Shown in pieces: positions 51,859 through 55,401 of a stretch of DNA of 55,401 nucleotides. The position numbers and the translations under genes were made by a program. The stretch spans positions 1 through 55,401 of the forward strand of contig DAOUCS010000132.1 in the NCBI GenBank assembly GCA_034431815.1. The letters are read 5' to 3'. The notes under the pieces were generated by a model. The model ran no database searches, was not told the origin of the DNA, and saw nothing but the letters and a program-made list of their open reading frames with translations. Source of the stretch: Dehalococcoidia bacterium (lineage in GTDB: Bacteria; Chloroflexota; Dehalococcoidia; Tepidiformales; Tepidiformaceae). Positions within the stretch are counted from its first letter, which is position 1. Each line of letters opens with the position of its first letter.

Positions 51859-53146
51859 CCGCCCCTCCCGCATCCGCGCGCGGCTGCGCGTCCCGTCGGA
51901 CAAATCGATCTCGCACCGCGCGCTGCTGTTCGGCGCGCTCGCCGACGGCACGTCGGTGATCGAGCAGCCCCTCGACGCGGCGGACGTCCGTTCGACGGCG
52001 CGCTGCCTCGCCGCGCTCGGAGCGGAGATCGCATGGGAGCCGGGCAGCGGACGCGCGACCGTGCGCGGCCGCGGACTGCACGGGCTGAGCGAACCGGAGG
52101 ATGTCCTCGATTGCGGGAACAGCGGCACGACGATGCGGCTCCTCGCGGGGATGCTCGCCGGCCAGCCGCTTCTCGCGGTGCTCACGGGAGATGCCTCCCT
52201 TCGACGCCGGCCCATGGACCGCATCGTACGCCCCCTCCAGGAGATGGGCGCCACGGTTTTCGCCCGCATGGGTAACAGCCGGCCCCCGCTCGTCATCCGC
52301 GGGGGCAGCCTCCGCGGGATTGCATACCGCAGCCCGGTAGCGAGCGCGCAGGTGAAATCGGCGGTGGCGCTTGCGGCCTTGTTTGCCGAGGGCACGACGC
52401 GCTACGAAGAGCCTTCGCCCAGCCGCGACCACACGGAACGGATGCTGGCAGCCATGGGCGCGAGTATCCGAACGGACAGGACAGCTCTCGTTATCGAGCG
52501 GGCTGACCGGCTCGTGCCGCTCACCGTCCGCGTCCCGGGGGACATTTCGAGCGCCGCGCCCTGGCTCGTGCTGGCGGTGTGCCATCCGGATGCCGAAGTT
52601 CTCATCGAGGACGTGAACCTGAATCCGACCCGGACAGGGATCGTCGACATCTTGCGGGCCATGGGCGGCGACATCGCCGTGGGAGACCTGCGTGACGAAG
52701 GAGGCGAGCCGGTGGGCACGCTCGCAGCACGGAGCTCCCGCCTGCGGGCTGTGGAGGTCGGGGGCGCGCTCGTCCCGCGGGCGATCGACGAGCTGCCGCT
52801 CGTCGCCCTGGCAGCCTGTTTCGCCGAGGGGAGAACCGTGGTTCGGGACGCCGCCGAACTGCGCGTGAAGGAGTCGGACCGGATCGCGATGGTCGGCGCG
52901 ATCCTTGGGCGCTTCGGCGTCCGGGTGGAGCTCTTCCCGGATGGCTTCGCCGTGGAGGGCCCGCAGCTGCTGCGCGGGGCGCGGATCGATGCCGGGGGCG
53001 ACCACCGCATGGGCATGCTGGCCGGGATCGCTGGAGCTCTCGCGGAAGGGGAGACGCGCGTCCTGAACGACGCCGTGGACGTTTCATACCCGGCGTTCTG
53101 GCGCGACCTGGCGGCCGTAGCGTCGGAGGAGGGGGTGCCAGGGTGA
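51845..53146 (+). CDS. aroA: 3-phosphoshikimate 1-carboxyvinyltransferase (EPSP synthase)
   Basis: Internal ATG 51845 (14-nt overlap with tyrA). VPSDKSISHRALLF, LDCGNSGTTMRLL, LRRRPM, KESDRI, DHRMGM. Confidence 0.93.
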   Translation: MTTISRPSRIRARLRVPSDKSISHRALLFGALADGTSVIEQPLDAADVRSTARCLAALGAEIAWEPGSGRATVRGRGLHGLSEPEDVLDCGNSGTTMRLLAGMLAGQPLLAVLTGDASLRRRPMDRIVRPLQEMGATVFARMGNSRPPLVIRGGSLRGIAYRSPVASAQVKSAVALAALFAEGTTRYEEPSPSRDHTERMLAAMGASIRTDRTALVIERADRLVPLTVRVPGDISSAAPWLVLAVCHPDAEVLIEDVNLNPTRTGIVDILRAMGGDIAVGDLRDEGGEPVGTLAARSSRLRAVEVGGALVPRAIDELPLVALAACFAEGRTVVRDAAELRVKESDRIAMVGAILGRFGVRVELFPDGFAVEGPQLLRGARIDAGGDHRMGMLAGIAGALAEGETRVLNDAVDVSYPAFWRDLAAVASEEGVPG

Positions 53147-53787
53147 AGCGGAAGCCGGTGGTCATCGTCCTCCACGGGCCGTCGGGCGTGGGCAAGGACA
53201 CCGTCATCGCGCGGCTGCGGGAGCGGCTCGGCATCCGTCGCGCCACGAGCAGCACGACACGGCCGCCGCGCCCCGGCGAGATCGACGGCGTCGATTACCA
53301 CTTTCTGGATGAGCCCACATTCCGCCGGAAGATCGCCGCGGGCGAGTTCCTCGAGTTCGCGGAGGTCTACGGAGACCTGAAGGGGCTCGAGCGCCGCGAG
53401 CTGGAGGAGCCGCTCGAGCGGGGTGAGGACGTCATCATCCGCACCGACGTGCAGGGTGCGCGCTGGTGGCGGCAGGTGCTGGAGGGCGCCGTCTTCGTGC
53501 TTCTCGTCCCCGAAGACATAGCCGCCCTGCGACGGCGGCTCGAAGGGCGGAATTCAGAAGACCCGGAATCGCTCGCGAAGCGCCTGGCCGAATTCGACGC
53601 CGAAGTCGCCGATGCGCCGAACAACGACTACGTGGTGGTGAACCGCGAGGGCGCGCTCGAGGAGACCGTGGAGGAGCTCGCGTCGATCATCGAGCGCGAG
53701 CGGGCGAACCCCAACCGGCCAGCGCCCCGCATCCGCTGGGACGCCGTGCGGGCGGCGCAGATTCCGCAGACCGCCGGCGGCCGGTAG
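53143..53787 (+). CDS. gmk: Guanylate kinase-like protein
   Basis: GTG 53143 overlaps the aroA stop (GTGA). HGPSGVGKDT, TTRPPRPGEIDGVDYHF, FLEFAEVYG. The usual ..YYGT motif reads DLKGL. Confidence 0.78.
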   Translation: MKRKPVVIVLHGPSGVGKDTVIARLRERLGIRRATSSTTRPPRPGEIDGVDYHFLDEPTFRRKIAAGEFLEFAEVYGDLKGLERRELEEPLERGEDVIIRTDVQGARWWRQVLEGAVFVLLVPEDIAALRRRLEGRNSEDPESLAKRLAEFDAEVADAPNNDYVVVNREGALEETVEELASIIERERANPNRPAPRIRWDAVRAAQIPQTAGGR

Positions 53788-53823
53788 CATCCCCTGGGAG
53801 TCTTCGTCTCCGGGGGCAGCGGC

Positions 53824-54681
53824 ATGGACCCGACGTTCTGCCAGCTCTTCGACCTCAGCGGCAAGGTGGCCCTGGTCACCGGGGCGTCGAGCGGGCTCGG
53901 CGTCGCCTTCGCGCGGGGATTGGCGCGGGCCGGCGCAGACCTGGCCCTGACGGCGCGGCGCCGGGAGCAGCTCGAGCGCACGGCCGAAATGGTCCGGGGC
54001 TACGGCGTGCGGGCGAAGGTGTTCCCGGCCGACCTGACCGACGATGCCCAGCTGGAGCGTCTCTTCGAAGACGTCGTTGCCGCGTTCGGTCGGCTCGACA
54101 TTCTGGTGAACAACGCCGGATTCACCGACCGCTCGGGGCTGCGTCACGACATGGCCAGCCCCAAGCGGATTCGCGCCGTCATCGAACTGGACCTCATCGC
54201 GGTGGCGCAGGCGTGCCGCCTCGCCGCGCGGCAGATGCTGCGGCAAGGGGGCGGCGTCATCATCAACGTGAGCTCCATCCTCGGCCGGGTGGGAAGCGAG
54301 TTCCGCGCCGCCTCGTACCACGCCGCGAAAGGCGGCGTCGACGCCCTCACCCGTGTCCTGGCCCTCGAGTACGCACGGGAGAACATCCGGGTGAACGCCA
54401 TCGCCCCCTCGTACTTCGAAGGGACGGAGATGATGGACAAGGTGTTCGAAGCGACGCCGGGGACGAAAGTCCAGGCCGAAACGCGCACGCCGATGGGCCG
54501 TCTCGGGCGTCCGGAAGAGCTGGAGGCGGCGGTGGTCTTCCTCGCCTCGCAGGCATCGAGCTTCATTACCGGCCACATCCTCTACGTCGATGGCGGATGG
54601 ACCGCGGGAGGCGGTTACCACCAGCTGGCGCCGCCGTGGGAAACGGAGCCAGGGCGCCAGCGCACCGAGGCTCCGAGCTAG
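53824..54681 (+). CDS. Short-chain dehydrogenase/reductase
   Basis: TGASSGLGVA, NNAG, YHAAKGG (YxxxK). 285 aa. Confidence 0.88.
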   Translation: MDPTFCQLFDLSGKVALVTGASSGLGVAFARGLARAGADLALTARRREQLERTAEMVRGYGVRAKVFPADLTDDAQLERLFEDVVAAFGRLDILVNNAGFTDRSGLRHDMASPKRIRAVIELDLIAVAQACRLAARQMLRQGGGVIINVSSILGRVGSEFRAASYHAAKGGVDALTRVLALEYARENIRVNAIAPSYFEGTEMMDKVFEATPGTKVQAETRTPMGRLGRPEELEAAVVFLASQASSFITGHILYVDGGWTAGGGYHQLAPPWETEPGRQRTEAPS

Positions 54682-55401
54682 CGTGGGCCGTTCCGCACCA
54701 GCGAGAGGATGTCGATGTAGCGGTCGGCCGCGTTGCGGAGCACCGAGGCCGTCGACTGTTCGAAGCCAACGACTTCGACCCGAACGCCGCGCGCCTGCAG
54801 CGCCTCGACGAGGTGCGCGAAGTCCCCGTCGCCGGAGACCAGGACCACGACGTCGAGCCGGTCGGCGAGGGTGACGATATCGAATGCCATCTCGATGTCG
54901 ACGTTCGCCTTGATGGTGCCGTCGGCGAAGCGGCGCAGCGGCTTGGTGACGATCTTGTACCCCTTGTCGAGGAACGGCTCGACGAAGCGCTGCGATTCCG
55001 GGCTCACCTGCGGGTCGTCGTGCACGGGTGCATAGGCGACGGCGCGGACGAGCTGCCGGTCGCGGGTGAGGCGGGCGAGCAGTTCCCCCCAATCGAGGCG
55101 CACGCGCGCCCGCTCGGCCGCGAGCTCGATGTTGGCGACATCGACGAACACCCCCACCTTCGCTGGGGGAGCAGCCGCAGCCGGACGTTCCACGAGCTCG
55201 GCCAGGGCGCGGGCCAGGCGGTCGATCTGGCGCGACTGTTCGCGCACCGTTTCGGCAAGCTCGGCGATGCGCTGAAGGAGCGGTTCGACGGATAGCGCTT
55301 CGGGCGCGGCCACGGACGACGGCGGTTCCGCCGAGGGCGCGGCAGCAGCGCCCGCGGGAGCGGCGCCCGATTTCCCGCCGCCCCGCGAACGCCGCCGGCG
55401 C
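54678..55401 (-). CDS. NYN/LabA-like domain protein with N-terminal coiled-coil (5' end possibly beyond the window)
   Basis: VGVFVDVANI...VDIEMAFDI...VVLVSGDGDFAHLV is NYN (PF01936-like). The track starts at GTG 55313, but the frame stays open to the window edge (RRRRSRGGGKSGAAPAG...). Confidence 0.75.
   Translation of the reverse strand, partial: RRRRSRGGGKSGAAPAGAAAAPSAEPPSSVAAPEALSVEPLLQRIAELAETVREQSRQIDRLARALAELVERPAAAAPPAKVGVFVDVANIELAAERARVRLDWGELLARLTRDRQLVRAVAYAPVHDDPQVSPESQRFVEPFLDKGYKIVTKPLRRFADGTIKANVDIEMAFDIVTLADRLDVVVLVSGDGDFAHLVEALQARGVRVEVVGFEQSTASVLRNAADRYIDILSLVRNGPR

Noticed and set aside
54678-54681. Convergent SDR and NYN genes share a palindromic CTAG containing both stop codons
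   Set aside because: It is real in the sequence but most simply a coincidence of compact gene packing. No regulatory implication can be supported.
40210-55401. Idea that the DinG-exonuclease, NYN-domain protein or propeller genes form an anti-phage defence island
   Set aside because: There are no neighbouring hallmark defence genes (no RM, Cas, TIR, Sir2, abortive-infection ATPases or toxins), no mobile-element signatures and no obvious compositional break. The surrounding genes are housekeeping.
1-55401. Search for tRNA/rRNA genes, CRISPR arrays, IS elements, integrases and long direct or inverted repeats
   Set aside because: Intergenic gaps are short, and none showed cloverleaf-compatible sequence, repeat-spacer periodicity or transposase-like translations. 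This was a by-eye scan only; tRNAscan-SE, Infernal and a self-dotplot would be needed to be certain.

Overview
Very GC-rich (about two-thirds to 70% by eye, not computed), gene-dense bacterial chromosomal segment. I call about 45 protein genes and one clear pseudogene. I found no rRNA, tRNA, CRISPR array, transposase or integrase. The long Arg/Pro/Gly-rich ORFs in the six-frame track are shadow frames of the real genes. Several track ORFs carry spurious N-terminal extensions, which I trimmed to internal starts with SD support or stop/start overlaps.

Gene content, and a neighbouring pair of families I remember as restricted to Chloroflexi and Archaea (DUF2298/TIGR03662 'YYY' and TIGR03663), point to a Chloroflexota genome (Thermomicrobia/Sphaerobacter-like). 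That assignment is an inference.

Housekeeping backbone: prfB (with +1 frameshift site)-folD; acpS-nnr-fabF-recJ; nadE; glgC; rnc-smc-ftsY; acnA; exonuclease-fused dinG; an EF-G paralog; tyrA-aroA-gmk.

Most interesting region: 19320..28900 (minus strand), directly downstream of ftsY. It holds five head-to-tail genes: a YYY/DUF2298 giant membrane protein, an orphan polytopic protein, a TIGR03663 GT-C-like protein fused to a six-bladed NHL propeller, a flippase-like UPF0104 protein, and an FAD oxidoreductase. The last four are joined by 4-nt stop/start overlaps. I read this as an uncharacterised envelope glycosylation or glycolipid module.

Other notable items:
- an orphan NuoE/NuoF-like flavoprotein pair next to a BbsAB-like DUF35+thiolase pair
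- a homoserine-kinase-II-fold pseudokinase
- a heavily decayed IDH1/2-type icd pseudogene right after acnA
- a long structured acnA leader with a coupled uORF
- a secreted SLT/BACON protein with two tandem membrane-anchored propeller paralogs
- standalone Clp_N and ClpX-zinc-finger-like mini-proteins
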